A stretch of DNA of 64,000 nucleotides from an uncultured Candidatus Saccharibacteria bacterium (GCA_964649715.1 CAZYTH010000006.1:6341-70340), one strand, 5' to 3'; counted from the stretch's first letter, positions 40,848 through 52,393 are shown. The notes: generated from the sequence alone by a model not told the origin. Program-made: numbers and translations.

Positions 40848-42305
40848 GTGGATATCTCAAAACTTACAATCAAACAGGCAGTGAATGGTATTAAATCCCG
40901 GGAATTTTCTGCTACGGAAGTCACCGAATCATATTTGAAAAACATAGAAGAAAAAGACAGGGAGATTGGAGCGTATTTGGAAGTTTTTGAAGATGCAATA
41001 AGTGAGGCAAAAAAAATAGACGATAAGGTCAAAAAAGGTGAAGAATCAGGTATTTTGGCTGGTGTTCCTGTTTGTATAAAAGACAACATAATGATAAAAG
41101 GGAAACACGCATCTTCTGGATCTAAAATACTCGAAGGATATATTTCTCCTTTTGATTCAACTGTTGCCTCAAGGTTAAAAAATGAGGGTGCCGTTTTTTT
41201 GGGTCGGGCAAATATGGATGAATTTGCGATGGGTAGTTCTACTGAAAATTCCGCCTTCAAAATAACAAAAAATCCCCACGATACATCCCGTGTGCCTGGT
41301 GGTTCTTCTGGTGGTTCAGCCTCATCTGTGGCAGGGGATATGTCCCTTGTTTCTTTTGGTTCTGATACTGGTGGTTCGGTTAGACAGCCGGCATCTTTTT
41401 GCGGAATCGTGGGTCTTAAGCCTACTTATGGCGCAGTATCTAGACACGGACTTATGGCGATGGGTAGCTCTCTTGATCAAATCGGACCACTTGCGAAAAC
41501 TGTTGAAGATATTGAGATACTTTTTAATGTTATAAAAGGTGTAGATCCTCTAGATTCTACAAGTCGAGACTTGGACTCCCGGAGTCCAAGTACAAATTCA
41601 ATTGGACTCCGGGAGTCCAAGTCGGCTAATAAGCGAATTGGAGTACCGAGAAATTATATTGGAGAGGGTCTTACTGCTGAAGTGTTGAAGAATTTTGAGG
41701 ACACTTTGTCTTATCTAAGGGAAAATGGATATGAAATCGTAGATGTAGAACTTCCTAATCTCAAATATTCTCTTCCTGTTTATTACGTGGTTATGCCCGC
41801 AGAAGTATCTGCAAATCTTGCTCGCTTTGACGGAGTCAGATATGGCCTCCACAAAGACGGAGAAAATTTGCTTTCTGATTATTACAATACAAGGGGGTCT
41901 GGATTTGGTCCCGAACCAAGAAGAAGAATAATTTTGGGGACATATGTCCTTTCATCTGGTTATTATGATGCTTATTATAAAAAGGCCGAGGATGTAAGGT
42001 CTCTTATTCGCGATGATTTTAATTTTGTTTTTGAAAAAGAGGGATTTTCTGCAATCATAACACCCACTACGCCATCTCCAGCATTCAAGATAGGGGAGAA
42101 ATCAAAAGATCCTCTAACGATGTATTTGGAAGACATTTTTACTGTGCCTGCAAGTATTGTAGGGGCCCCCGCTATATCTGTTCCATCTGGGTATGCGGAA
42201 ATAGAAGGTAAAAAACTCCCACTAGGGGTTCAAATTACAGCCCCACACTTTGGCGAGGATATTTTGTTTTCTATAGGAAAAGATATAGAAAAAATGCTAA
42301 AATAA
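40848..42305 (+). CDS. gatA: Asp/Glu-tRNA amidotransferase subunit A
   Basis: IKDN, NMDEFAMGSS, PGGSSGGS, GSDTGGSVRQPA and SSGYYDAYY motifs. Confidence 0.97.
   Translation: MDISKLTIKQAVNGIKSREFSATEVTESYLKNIEEKDREIGAYLEVFEDAISEAKKIDDKVKKGEESGILAGVPVCIKDNIMIKGKHASSGSKILEGYISPFDSTVASRLKNEGAVFLGRANMDEFAMGSSTENSAFKITKNPHDTSRVPGGSSGGSASSVAGDMSLVSFGSDTGGSVRQPASFCGIVGLKPTYGAVSRHGLMAMGSSLDQIGPLAKTVEDIEILFNVIKGVDPLDSTSRDLDSRSPSTNSIGLRESKSANKRIGVPRNYIGEGLTAEVLKNFEDTLSYLRENGYEIVDVELPNLKYSLPVYYVVMPAEVSANLARFDGVRYGLHKDGENLLSDYYNTRGSGFGPEPRRRIILGTYVLSSGYYDAYYKKAEDVRSLIRDDFNFVFEKEGFSAIITPTTPSPAFKIGEKSKDPLTMYLEDIFTVPASIVGAPAISVPSGYAEIEGKKLPLGVQITAPHFGEDILFSIGKDIEKMLK
41568..41623. repeat. RAYT-type REP doublet inside gatA
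   Basis: GACTTGGACTCCCGGAGTCCAAGT-ACAAATTCAA-TTGGACTCCGGGAGTCCAAGTC. Confidence 0.9.
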
Positions 42306-42308
42306 GTT

Positions 42309-42911
42309 ATGGTCTTTTTTGATAATATTCCATGGAATAATCTTGAGTACTGGTTCGCTCTTATTTATAAAATATTTGTAGATTTACCCAGTTATTTAAT
42401 CTACGCTTTTTATTTTTGGGTAAGTGCATTTGAAAGCTTTTGGTTGCAGGTTTTTTTGTGGGTTACCACCACGATTTTTAGTGGAATAACTTTTTATTCT
42501 TTGTATAAAATATGGGAGATAAATAATTTTGATTGGGAAAAATACAAAGCAATTTTTTTTATTGAAAACAAGGATGAAGCCGAAAAGATAATGGTCGATA
42601 AAAAATGGGTAGATATTTTAGGTCATCTAGAAAGTGACCGTCCTGCAAGTTGGACATTGGCTATAATCGAGAGCGACAAGATATTGGACGAGCTTCTTAA
42701 GGAAAAAGGTTTTGATGGTGCAAACGTGGGAGAGAGACTAAAGAGCGAAAAGGCTGGGAAGCTAAAAAATCTTCAAGATGCATGGGAGGCTCACAAAATA
42801 AGGAATAAGATTGCTCACGAGAGCGGATATATTCTAGAGAAGAGGGACGCCAGAAAGGCAATAGCACATTATGAGTCTGTGTTTCGCGAATTAGGTTTTT
42901 TAAATTCCTAG
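42309..42911 (+). CDS. Membrane-anchored hypothetical protein
   Basis: TM segment; AIIE-D-ILD, GERLK and AH-IRN-IAHE motifs. Confidence 0.7.
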   Translation: MVFFDNIPWNNLEYWFALIYKIFVDLPSYLIYAFYFWVSAFESFWLQVFLWVTTTIFSGITFYSLYKIWEINNFDWEKYKAIFFIENKDEAEKIMVDKKWVDILGHLESDRPASWTLAIIESDKILDELLKEKGFDGANVGERLKSEKAGKLKNLQDAWEAHKIRNKIAHESGYILEKRDARKAIAHYESVFRELGFLNS

Positions 42912-42960
42912 AAGCAGAACTTCTACGATTTTTTCAAACGCAGAAGTTCTGCTTCTAGGA
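42906..42960. repeat. TCCTAGAAG...CTTCTAGGA long inverted repeat
   Basis: 22-bp arms; degenerate relative at 56172-56223. Confidence 0.7.
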
Positions 42961-42989
42961 AATATAAATATTAATTAAAAAATAAATTT

Positions 42990-43826
42990 ATGAATAAAGA
43001 AAATTGTTGTGAGGATGGTTTGTTTAGTCCAAAAATAAAGAAATATTTGGGTTATGCGATTTTGTTTTCAATATTGATCTTGTCTTATAGTGTTTTTGTT
43101 TCTGCTGTTTCTTATTCAAATTCGGTGGAGCCAACCTCCTTTAGGAGTTTTAATGTTGCTGGTGAGGGAAAGATAACAGCTATTCCCGATGTTGCTAGAT
43201 TCTCGTTTGGACTTGTAACGGATGGTGGTAAAGATATCGCTAAGCTTCAGAAAGAGAATACAGAGAAGATGAACAAAGCGATAAGCTATATAAAAGGGGA
43301 AGGAGTTCTGGATAAAGATATAAAGACAGAGAATTATAGTTTGACACCAAAGTATCAGTATTTTGATTGCAGTCGTTCTGTGGTCTATGGAAATGAAGAC
43401 CCAAAGCCTTGTCCTCCTCCTGAGATAGTTGGATACAGTATAAATCAGAGAGTATCGGTAAAGGTTAGAGATTTTTCCAAGGTTGGCGATATTCTTTCGG
43501 GCGTTGTAAATAATGGCGCCAATAATGTTTCAGAGCTTTCGTTTGAGATAGATGACCCCTCAAGCATTATTGAGGACGCAAGAGAACTCGCGATCAAAAA
43601 GGCGATAGATAAGGCAAAAAAGGTAGCAAGGGCCGGCGGTTTCCGTGTGGGCAGACTTATCTCTATTGAGGAGGGTTACCAACCTTATCCTGTGTATAGA
43701 AATTACGCAAAAGCTGAAATGCTTTCAATGGATTCTTCTGGGGCGGGATCTCTCCCAGCACCACAGCTTGAGGCAGGTTCTCAAGAGGTTATTGTTAATA
43801 TAACCCTCAGATACGAGATAAAGTAA
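42990..43826 (+). CDS. SIMPL (DUF541) domain protein
   Basis: V-GEGK---PD, DIKT--Y---P-Y, GAN-V and L-AG-QE motifs. Confidence 0.88.
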   Translation: MNKENCCEDGLFSPKIKKYLGYAILFSILILSYSVFVSAVSYSNSVEPTSFRSFNVAGEGKITAIPDVARFSFGLVTDGGKDIAKLQKENTEKMNKAISYIKGEGVLDKDIKTENYSLTPKYQYFDCSRSVVYGNEDPKPCPPPEIVGYSINQRVSVKVRDFSKVGDILSGVVNNGANNVSELSFEIDDPSSIIEDARELAIKKAIDKAKKVARAGGFRVGRLISIEEGYQPYPVYRNYAKAEMLSMDSSGAGSLPAPQLEAGSQEVIVNITLRYEIK

Positions 43827-44052
43827 AATTTTAAGTTCCGAATAGAATACGTAAAAAATTTTAAAAACCATATTGTCTTTTGACAATATGGTTTTTAAAT
43901 TGATATCAAAATTATTTTTAGAATAACCAACTACTATTTACTAATAACTAAAAACTAATCACTGTTGTCTAAATATTGCATTTTGCGCTTGAAAATATAA
44001 TATAGAAATTGTATTGAATGGTACTTTGAAAATTGAGAAAAAGGAGTATTTT

Positions 44053-46248
44053 ATGTCCAGAGTCAATTCGACAGCAAAGATGCAAAAAGAGAAAAATACG
44101 GAGACGAAAAAAATGAAAGAAAAGAAAAAAACAGCTAAACAACTCACCAATGGAGAAAGGCTTCAAGAGATGCTTCGTCTTATCAAGAAGAAGAAGCGTG
44201 TTTCTGTGGCTTGGCTCTCCGAACATTTCGGCATTTCAAAAAGTCTCACAGTCAGTTTGGTAAAAAAACTCAGCAAAAAAGGGCACAACATCACTCTCTC
44301 TGAGGGAGAAGGCAGAAGTAAGTTTGTTCAGCTAAATCTTTCCGAAGATGGTGAATTCAGAAACGACACCATCAACATCAAGGATGCTGGTGAACATATC
44401 CGCATCGGTTTCATTGCCGAACCCCGCTTTGGTTCACTTCAGTGTCAAAACTCCCTTCTTCACTGGATTTACAAGGAAATCTTCGAACGCCACGACGTCA
44501 ATTTTGTCGTTGTTGCAGGTGGTCTCATTGCTGGTAAGCCGACACCAACCATTGCGCCCGATGTTTTTCTTAAAGAACCAGAAGAAGTCGCAGAGTACGT
44601 TTTCAAGCATTTCCCCAAGACAAGAAAATTCAAGACTTATATCGTTGCCGGCAAAAGAGATCTTTCTTTCCAGGCAAAAGACGGTTTCAATATCATGAAT
44701 GCTATTTGTGAAAGGGACGACCTAGCTCATGCTGGAGCCCTTGAAGCTATCTTTAATGTTCGTGGGGTCAAGATTAAGGTTATGTCCCCATACGACGACA
44801 ACAGCCCACAGGGGATAAGTTACGGACCCCAAAAGAATGCTGAAAAAACTAGCGATAATTTTAACATCATGGTTTTTGGTGGAACTCACGAAAGGTCTGA
44901 GATTCCTGGTTACGGTCAGGAGAACAGTCTTCTCGTTACTGTTCCTTCTCTCCACACTCAGATGAGACGTCAAGCAAGGAAAGGCCTTCGTCCCAAACTT
45001 GGTTGCACGATTATTGATTTGCACTTCAAAGAAAAGGGTGAAGGCTGGTCCATTGACCTTGATAAAGATGTCGAGGTCAGGCACTTCAATTTGGACAACT
45101 ACGCTGTTTCTAACGACTGGTCTGTGACGTCTAAAGATTTCGAATCTTGCGGTCTTTCTGAGCTTGAGTTTAAGGTTGTTAATTGGCTTATTGACGAAAG
45201 AGGGCTTTCTGGAGGCGAGATTTCGCGTCGTTTGGATATGTCCAAAAACGATGTGAAGAAGCTTATCTCTGGAATCCGCGAGAAGAATCCTGTTCTAAAT
45301 ATCACAATAAATCAAGCTTCTAAACGTTATGTTTTTCCTCCCATATTGAAGAATAAGTTTTCTCCAATTCCCATAAAATACGATGACGTTTTCATCAGCA
45401 AAACCAAAGAAGTTTCAATGGCTTGTACCCACTTCGGTTCCAAAGAAGATATGCCCGATGTTGTGGCAAAGGCCTTTGAAGATGCTGTGATAGATGGAGT
45501 TCGGGCGATTTATATCGCTGGTGATATCACCGAAGGTCCAGGCGCTTCTGGATATCGAGGACACCAATTTGATGTGAGATGTCCGACTCTTGATGAACTT
45601 GAAGACTATACGATTGCCAAATTTCCAAAAGTTAAGCTAAAGGTTGATCCTGCTCGTCCCATTGTTAAACCAGAGCTTCGCTATGATGACGAAGGCAAAC
45701 CTTATTACGAGGAAGTCATCGTAAAAGATGGCGATATGTATATCCCTGTTTATATTATTAATGGCAATCACGATGCCTGGGCAAACAATTCTGTTGGTCA
45801 CTCAATAGCAAGAACTCTTGCGATGCGTATGCCTGAGCGGGTTTGCTTCATCGGAAGCCGTGACGGATCAATTACACAGCAAGGTTCTCGGGTTGTTGAC
45901 GGAGTTTACCATAGTTTGATACACGGATCTGGTGGTATTGGCTATGCGATGTCCCAAAAGCTTCAGAAATTCGTTTCTGCTATGAGAAGGAAGAAAGAGG
46001 GTATCGGTTTCCCAAGGGTTCTTCACGCGGGCAACTGGCATCTTGCTTATCTTCTTTTCCAAGAAGAGCTTGGTTTGCTCTGTGCAAGCTTCAAGTATGG
46101 TGATGAGTTTCACGAGACGCACGGTCTTGTCTCTTGGATCGGTATGTATGTTGTTGAGATCTTTGCCGATAAGCAGGGTAATCTCACTCAAGTAGTTGCC
46201 AGCTATAAGAATTATCGGCAGTACGCCCTTTCTCTCAAGAAAAAGTAA
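44053..46248 (+). CDS. Tandem (winged-HTH + calcineurin-like metallophosphoesterase) x2 protein
   Basis: Two HTH-like segments. The second phosphoesterase has CTH, AGD, GNHD, HG and GNWH; the first copy has these motifs degenerate. AAGGAG SD before ATG 44053. Confidence 0.7.
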   Translation: MSRVNSTAKMQKEKNTETKKMKEKKKTAKQLTNGERLQEMLRLIKKKKRVSVAWLSEHFGISKSLTVSLVKKLSKKGHNITLSEGEGRSKFVQLNLSEDGEFRNDTINIKDAGEHIRIGFIAEPRFGSLQCQNSLLHWIYKEIFERHDVNFVVVAGGLIAGKPTPTIAPDVFLKEPEEVAEYVFKHFPKTRKFKTYIVAGKRDLSFQAKDGFNIMNAICERDDLAHAGALEAIFNVRGVKIKVMSPYDDNSPQGISYGPQKNAEKTSDNFNIMVFGGTHERSEIPGYGQENSLLVTVPSLHTQMRRQARKGLRPKLGCTIIDLHFKEKGEGWSIDLDKDVEVRHFNLDNYAVSNDWSVTSKDFESCGLSELEFKVVNWLIDERGLSGGEISRRLDMSKNDVKKLISGIREKNPVLNITINQASKRYVFPPILKNKFSPIPIKYDDVFISKTKEVSMACTHFGSKEDMPDVVAKAFEDAVIDGVRAIYIAGDITEGPGASGYRGHQFDVRCPTLDELEDYTIAKFPKVKLKVDPARPIVKPELRYDDEGKPYYEEVIVKDGDMYIPVYIINGNHDAWANNSVGHSIARTLAMRMPERVCFIGSRDGSITQQGSRVVDGVYHSLIHGSGGIGYAMSQKLQKFVSAMRRKKEGIGFPRVLHAGNWHLAYLLFQEELGLLCASFKYGDEFHETHGLVSWIGMYVVEIFADKQGNLTQVVASYKNYRQYALSLKKK

Positions 46249-46466
46249 AATTGTTCTTTGTGTCGCCCGCACAGCTAGTCTGTGCGGGCTTTTTTATGCA
46301 AAAAAGAAAATTATTTTTTGAGTCAAATATTAGTTATGTTGTTCATTAAATTATTGCTATTTTTGACTTTTTGAGATAGTCTTCATTCGGGTAATTTTGT
46401 TCCTTTAAATTTATTTTGTATATTTGGATGTAAAATTTTCTGAAAACGAAAAAGGGAGGGAAAAGG

Positions 46467-47537
46467 ATGTCAAAAAGAACTGTTAGTGTGATATTTATTT
46501 TTTTGTTCGTTGGTGTAAATGCAATTTGTGGTTCTGAGGCCGTTTTTTCTCGAGAAGAAAAAGAAAAGATTGCGCTTATCGCTAAGGTAAAAAAATTTGC
46601 AACGAGTATTGGTCTGAAACCAACTAATAATTTCAAGGAATATCAAGACGAACCTGGAAAATACAATCTTTTGTTTTTTAGTAAAAAAACAGACGTTCCT
46701 TATTCTTATATAGACCCTCTTTTGAACTATAAACAAAGTGATTACAACAATCTGGCATCAAGTGTTTTGGCTTACGATATTGATCTAAACACTTATGATG
46801 TTTATTTCTATACGACACTTGGTATCGCTAGCGGTTCTTATATCACGAAAAATCTTCTAAAGTGCGAAGATGCGTTAATTGCCGATGTAGTTTTGCATGA
46901 AGATATGCACGATAATACCAACTTGCCTCGTCAGATTGACGAGGGGACTGCGTTTATTGTGGGTATCGCCGGTTCGGCCATGTTTATGAAATCAGATGAA
47001 ATGGATTTCATTTGTCTGATGGAATATCTGATCGCCGAAGCGGAAAAGATAAAAAGTTTACATTTCAATATCACAGAGATGAACAAAACATACAAGAGTG
47101 GGAAGATGTCTTTTGCAACTTATCTAACGATTCGAGATTACAAAATGAGGGTTACAGGACAGGATTCAATGGCGAGTGTAGCTCAGAATCATACCTATAT
47201 GTGCTATGTTCCTTTGTTGTTGCGTTTGTTTCGTTCTATGGACTATGATATCAAAAGGTTTATTTCTTTTATGAAAGACTTTCCCTACAAAGAACCTTCA
47301 TGGGAACAGGAACATCTTTCTTATTTTAAAGAGACCCTCGCGATTGAGGTTGAAGCAAAAAAATATTTGGAAGACAAGATTTTAGAGTTTGAAGGCACTG
47401 GTATCAAGGAAAATTTTTCCTTTTTAGGATACAGAGAACATTTTTTCTCAAGTATTGATATGATATATCTTCTCAATAGTTTTGAAAGAATAAAGAATTT
47501 AACATATTTACGTCGCATGAAGTTTTTAAGGAAATAA
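46467..47537 (+). CDS. Secreted HExxH zinc metallopeptidase/aminopeptidase-like protein
   Basis: Signal peptide; TLG, LHEDMH and DEGTA motifs. Confidence 0.6.
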   Translation: MSKRTVSVIFIFLFVGVNAICGSEAVFSREEKEKIALIAKVKKFATSIGLKPTNNFKEYQDEPGKYNLLFFSKKTDVPYSYIDPLLNYKQSDYNNLASSVLAYDIDLNTYDVYFYTTLGIASGSYITKNLLKCEDALIADVVLHEDMHDNTNLPRQIDEGTAFIVGIAGSAMFMKSDEMDFICLMEYLIAEAEKIKSLHFNITEMNKTYKSGKMSFATYLTIRDYKMRVTGQDSMASVAQNHTYMCYVPLLLRLFRSMDYDIKRFISFMKDFPYKEPSWEQEHLSYFKETLAIEVEAKKYLEDKILEFEGTGIKENFSFLGYREHFFSSIDMIYLLNSFERIKNLTYLRRMKFLRK

Positions 47538-47593
47538 TACCTTAATCCACCCGTCTGATTGACAGGGTGGTTTTTTTATTTATACTGTATTTG

Positions 47594-47680
47594 CTAACCG
47601 CAGAAAGTGGGTTTACCAAATAAGGTAATAAAAATTTTCCCATTGAGGTCGAGAAGACGGTTTTAGCCGTTCTTTTTTAT
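47594..47680 (+). promoter_or_regulatory. Putative L10 ribosomal leader/attenuator
   Basis: ACCGCAGAAAGTGGG...AATAA...CCCATTGAGG then a hairpin and T-tract, upstream of rplJ. Confidence 0.55.
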
Positions 47681-47773
47681 TAAAGAGAACATAAAATCAG
47701 TTAAATTTAGTAAAGCGAATAAGGTTAAAATTAATTATTTTTAATTTTTTGCTTTACGTTTTACATTTTTTAG

Positions 47774-48298
47774 ATGGCAATAACAATAGAGAAGAAGAAA
47801 GAATTAGTAAAAGAGATAACGGATGGTGTAAAAAGTTCCGCATCTACTGTCATTGTTGGTTTTGATAAGCTAAGAATAGAGGACATAACTCCGCTTAGGA
47901 AAAATCTTAGGACACAGGGGATAAAGATGACCGTTGCCAAAAAAACCCTTATGAAAAGGGCCTTTGAAGAGGCTGGGGTTTCGGGTGAAGTCCCTTCTAT
48001 GGAAGGTCAGATAGCACTTGCTTTTGGTGGAGATCCTGTAATACCAGCAAAGACTGTTGCTGAGGCTTCTGGAAAATACAAAGATAAGGTCTATATTCTT
48101 GGAGGAATTTTGGACGGGAGGTTCTTAAACAAAGAAGAGATGGTCTCCCTCTCAAAGATACCAGGGAGAGAAGTTCTTCTTTCACAGCTTTTGAATGTTA
48201 TGAATGCACCTGTTCAGGGCTTTGTTGGTACATTGAATGCTGTTGTTAGAGATTTTGTTTGTACTTTGGACCAAATATCCAAAGCTGAGGCAAAGTAA
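47774..48298 (+). CDS. rplJ: 50S ribosomal protein L10
   Basis: LRKNLR, VAKKTL and LSKIPGRE motifs. Confidence 0.95.
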   Translation: MAITIEKKKELVKEITDGVKSSASTVIVGFDKLRIEDITPLRKNLRTQGIKMTVAKKTLMKRAFEEAGVSGEVPSMEGQIALAFGGDPVIPAKTVAEASGKYKDKVYILGGILDGRFLNKEEMVSLSKIPGREVLLSQLLNVMNAPVQGFVGTLNAVVRDFVCTLDQISKAEAK

Positions 48299-48324
48299 AA
48301 TTAATAATATTTAAGATAATTAAA

Positions 48325-48711
48325 ATGGAAATACCGGAAAAATTTAAAGATATTGTAGAAAAAATAGAGAAAATGAGCGTTTTGGACCTTTCCGAACTCG
48401 TTCATATATTGGAGGAGAAGTTTGGAGTTAAAGCTCAGGCTGCAGGAATGATGATGGCCGCCGCCCCTGTCGCTGGAGCAGGTGAAGCAGCCGCCGAGAA
48501 AACATCTTTTGATGTAGAGCTCGCTTCTGCTGGAGACAACAAGATTGCTGTTATAAAAGTTGTTAAAGAAGCAGTTGGTTTGGGTCTTAAAGAAGCAAAA
48601 GACCTTGTAGACAAAGCTCCTGCTATGATAAAAGAGGGAATGGACAAAGCTGCCGCTGAAGCTCTCAAGAAACAAGTAGAAGATGCTGGAGGAAAAGTTA
48701 CACTCAAATAA
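48325..48711 (+). CDS. rplL: 50S ribosomal protein L7/L12
   Basis: EEKFGV, KIAVIK and GLGLKEAK motifs. Confidence 0.97.
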   Translation: MEIPEKFKDIVEKIEKMSVLDLSELVHILEEKFGVKAQAAGMMMAAAPVAGAGEAAAEKTSFDVELASAGDNKIAVIKVVKEAVGLGLKEAKDLVDKAPAMIKEGMDKAAAEALKKQVEDAGGKVTLK

Positions 48712-48730
48712 TTTTATAATTTGAGTCGCA

Positions 48731-48770
48731 GTACACAAAACACACCAATAATTTGGTGTGTTTTGTGTAC
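48731..48770 (+). terminator. Inverted repeat/terminator after rplL
   Basis: GTACACAAAACACACCAA-TAAT-TTGGTGTGTTTTGTGTAC. Confidence 0.65.
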
Positions 48771-48908
48771 AAGGTAACTTCCCATAAACATTTTTAAAAA
48801 CTTATCAGTTTTTTGTTTACATGATTTAACATAAAATGATATAATGTAAGAATGAGTAAATTTTTAAAAATATTTTTATTATTAATGTTGTTAAATTAGT
48901 TAATCAAA

Positions 48909-51182
48909 ATGAATAAAATAAAAACTCTAATCATTTTAGCCCTGATGTTCTTCTCAGGGACATCCTTTGCTGCATGGTCTCAACCGACAGCTGTTCCTCC
49001 TGGAGGCAACACAGAGGCCCCAATAAATGTGGGGACACTAAAACAAGTAAAGGGTGCTGAAATAGGTGCCACTAAGTTTTGTCTTTACCAATCCGACAGA
49101 ACAACTGTCATCGGGTGTTTGGGGGGGGCTAATACGACTAATTTTCCTTTCATCTATGATGGAACGACAAATAATATAAAAAATACGAACGAGGCAAATA
49201 GTGTTTTGATAAACAAACCGAGGATAACTGATCTATGGGGAAGTGCTTACGAAAAACTTACAGTCGGTGGCAAGGTTAAAGCAGAAGGTTTTTGTTTAGG
49301 TCAAAGTTGTATAGACATAAACACAGGTGGAGCAGGTGACACTACAAACAATTGGTCTGAGGTGATAAAAAGTTTTGTTTCAACTGTCGAAGGACCCATG
49401 GGTCCAGTCGGCCCTGCTGAAACAGATGGTGTCTCTCCAACTAATCCTGTAGGTTGTGCAGAAGGAGAAGTTCTGACATGGTTAAAAGTAGACGGCACTT
49501 ACAAATGGACATGCGGACAGGGAGGCCTTACAGGCCCCACAGGAGCCACTGGAGCGACAGGAACTGACGGTCAGAGGGGAGTACCAGGTTATGGTGTTCC
49601 CACAAATTGTGACGACGGAGAGATAGCTGTTTGGAACGATACCGCAGAAGTTTGGGAGTGTGGTACTGGCGGTGGTGTGACAATAAACAATACCACAAAT
49701 GTTTCAAATGTTGGTGAGGGAACACCGGGTAGAATAATAAAATTCATCGACAAAACATCTATTGGTGATTCTGTGATATCTGAAGTCGGAGGGAATATTG
49801 GAGTGGGGTCTGGTTCTTACTTTTACGCTAGATCATCTTCGAACGTCTATGTTCCTAAAATACCAAACCCAAACAGATGTCCTTGTGACACTACTAGCAG
49901 TGGCGATAATTCTTGTTTTTCTTCAAATCTCAATTCTCAAACAGGTTTTTATTCCGAAAGAGATTTGGGGGAATTTTGTATTGACGTGAATGGTTCCTCT
50001 GGCACATACTATCTTGCCAAAAAACACACAAGAACCAGTGCCCCACTCCCAGCAAAATTAACAGTTGGCGGAAAGATTGCCATAAAAGACGGAACACAAG
50101 GTGATAAAAAAGTATTATCATCAGATGTAAATGGGCTCGCGACATGGAAAAAAATTTCAGATTTGGTTGACTTTAATTTAACAGGCACAGCAAATGCCAT
50201 AGCTAAATATGACAGTACGGGAAAACTTTCAAGTTCTAGTATTGTTTCTGAAACAAAAGGGTTCGTGTATGAACGCATTACTAATCCCTCTGATTTTCCC
50301 CGAACAGCTAGAATTAATTGTGAATGTGACAGAGATATCAACAAAATAGAATGTCCTGATGTTTTTGCAACTTCTCTTGAAAACCAACCAACTTTTTGTG
50401 TTGATAAATATGATGATACTTATGTGCGGTTTTTTGAAAGGAAACCTTCAAACCACCTAGTAATCAAAGACGGAACGCAAGATGATAAAAAGATATTATC
50501 ATCAGATAAAGACGGTAAAGCAAGTTGGAGGTCTTTTTCAGAATTGGGAGTCAGTCTTGAAGAGAAAGATACCTTAGATTCTGTGTTGGGGAGGAAGAAC
50601 GATACTTCTAAAACAGCCAAATTTACAGGAATTTTAAGTGCAAGCAATCTTATCGTTGGTAAATTTCAATTTCCTTTTGGTGCAGGTGCGGGCAAAGTCC
50701 TCACATCTGATAAAGATGGTAACGCAAGCTGGGTGGAACTAGGATCTGGAGAGCTGGGCACTCCAGGACCAAGGGGGTGTACTGGTCCAAAAGGAGACAA
50801 GGGGGATACAGGATTGCCTGGTCCAGTCGGACCCAAAGGGGACACTGGATTAACGGGTCCTCAGGGATTACAGGGTCCAACAGGTCCTCAGGGGCCAGCA
50901 GGCCCCGCTGGGACAGCTAGTGCCATAACAAGCTACAATCAATTACCGAGCGGTTCGTTGGCTGGTTATTGTACTTTTGGAATTACTGATCCAGGGGCAA
51001 CGGGTAAGAGTAATGTTATGGCATACGAAGGTTCATTTACCGGGGATTATGCAATTCCACCAGCGACATGGAGGAACACTGGAGTAGATAATAGAAGTTG
51101 TAGTTGTGAAGCAGGGTGGTTCCCAATGATTATGGGAGCCGACATAGCCGGGTCAAAAACTTATACTTGTATGAAAAAATAA
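48909..51182 (+). CDS. Secreted fibre/adhesin-like protein with collagen-like repeats
   Basis: Signal peptide, W--P---PP-GN---PINVG N-motif, KVLTSD--G-A-W repeats, Gly-X-Y tracts and a Cys-rich tip. Confidence 0.75.
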   Translation: MNKIKTLIILALMFFSGTSFAAWSQPTAVPPGGNTEAPINVGTLKQVKGAEIGATKFCLYQSDRTTVIGCLGGANTTNFPFIYDGTTNNIKNTNEANSVLINKPRITDLWGSAYEKLTVGGKVKAEGFCLGQSCIDINTGGAGDTTNNWSEVIKSFVSTVEGPMGPVGPAETDGVSPTNPVGCAEGEVLTWLKVDGTYKWTCGQGGLTGPTGATGATGTDGQRGVPGYGVPTNCDDGEIAVWNDTAEVWECGTGGGVTINNTTNVSNVGEGTPGRIIKFIDKTSIGDSVISEVGGNIGVGSGSYFYARSSSNVYVPKIPNPNRCPCDTTSSGDNSCFSSNLNSQTGFYSERDLGEFCIDVNGSSGTYYLAKKHTRTSAPLPAKLTVGGKIAIKDGTQGDKKVLSSDVNGLATWKKISDLVDFNLTGTANAIAKYDSTGKLSSSSIVSETKGFVYERITNPSDFPRTARINCECDRDINKIECPDVFATSLENQPTFCVDKYDDTYVRFFERKPSNHLVIKDGTQDDKKILSSDKDGKASWRSFSELGVSLEEKDTLDSVLGRKNDTSKTAKFTGILSASNLIVGKFQFPFGAGAGKVLTSDKDGNASWVELGSGELGTPGPRGCTGPKGDKGDTGLPGPVGPKGDTGLTGPQGLQGPTGPQGPAGPAGTASAITSYNQLPSGSLAGYCTFGITDPGATGKSNVMAYEGSFTGDYAIPPATWRNTGVDNRSCSCEAGWFPMIMGADIAGSKTYTCMKK
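50181..50471 (+). repeat. 291-bp identical block shared with 53233-53523
   Basis: Base-by-base match by eye. Confidence 0.9.
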
Positions 51183-51337
51183 AATAAAATAAACCACAGA
51201 CTCAAAAACGTGCTTATTTAGGCACGTTTTTGATTTTTAATATAAAGTTTTCTGTTTTAAAATAATTTTCTAGAAACATTTATAAAAATTTAGAGCTTTT
51301 TGTTTACATGATTTAACATAAAAGATATAATATAGAA

Positions 51338-52393
51338 ATGAGTAAATTTTTAAAAATATTTTTATTGTTTTTTGTTTGGAGTTTGTCTGCAGGAAACGCT
51401 CATGCTGTTATCGAATTTAATGATTGGAGTTTCAGGTCTTGGGATCAGAGTAATTATTCCCTTAATAAAATTAACCCTCATCCCGATGTTAGGGCATCTT
51501 TACAATTAAATAAGTACATTTATCGCCCTGGAGAGAAAATATATGTAGGGTTTGATTCTAGCCCTTGGGCGAGGATACCGGCATCTCGTTTTGGAGAAAA
51601 TACTTTTTCTGTTAAAACATATTTAGATGGTAATCCGCTCTCTGATCAAACAAGTTTTCATACCCTTCATCCGACCAATAACTTTAGTTCTTTTTGGGCT
51701 TATGGTAGAGGTCGTGTTTCCGAAGACTCTTTGCCACCATTTTTAAATGAACATGGCCTAGAATTTTCTCAAAGTGAAGTAGATTTTTTGGAAGAGAAAG
51801 GCAGTTTTATAAACACAACAGATGTTTTTTCTTTGATAGATGCCCCAAGTAGAGAAGGGGCGCACAATTTAACATTTTATGTATATTCGGCAACAGATAC
51901 TAGTAGGCTTGTAGGTTATTATCAGAAAGATGAACTATTTAAAACAATAACAATACCATTTGAAGTTGTTGTCCCAGAACAGGCTCCAAGTTCTCCCACT
52001 ATTACTTCCAACATCCCTATTGTTTCCGGTAAACCGCTTGGTGTAACAAATAAAATATATACTTTCAACATCACATCAACCGATGTTAACGTCGGTGATA
52101 CGATCATTTATTCGGCTGATTTTAATGCCTACAATACAGATGATTGGAAAAACATATCAGTAAACAGACTTCTTTCCGGGCAGACACAAGAGTTTAAGTT
52201 TTATTGGTCCACTCCTGGAGATAAGGCAATAAAATTCAAGGCAATCGACAATAAGGGGATGGAATCAACTTCCTCAACTTACTATTTTAGAATAAATGAC
52301 GACAACAATATGGAATGTAATTCTTGTATAGGAAATCCTCCTACTGAAATTGAAAATTCCTGTCCTTTGTATTTACAACCAAAAGTTTATTAA
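51338..52393 (+). CDS. Secreted protein with a C-terminal PKD/Ig-like domain
   Basis: Signal peptide; P--PTIT...Y---F...WSTPG...KAID--G-ES pattern. Confidence 0.65.
   Translation: MSKFLKIFLLFFVWSLSAGNAHAVIEFNDWSFRSWDQSNYSLNKINPHPDVRASLQLNKYIYRPGEKIYVGFDSSPWARIPASRFGENTFSVKTYLDGNPLSDQTSFHTLHPTNNFSSFWAYGRGRVSEDSLPPFLNEHGLEFSQSEVDFLEEKGSFINTTDVFSLIDAPSREGAHNLTFYVYSATDTSRLVGYYQKDELFKTITIPFEVVVPEQAPSSPTITSNIPIVSGKPLGVTNKIYTFNITSTDVNVGDTIIYSADFNAYNTDDWKNISVNRLLSGQTQEFKFYWSTPGDKAIKFKAIDNKGMESTSSTYYFRINDDNNMECNSCIGNPPTEIENSCPLYLQPKVY

Noticed and set aside
50760-50910. Collagen-like and Gly-rich fibre genes as evidence of a prophage
   Set aside because: The proteins have signal peptides, and no capsid, terminase, portal or integrase genes are nearby.
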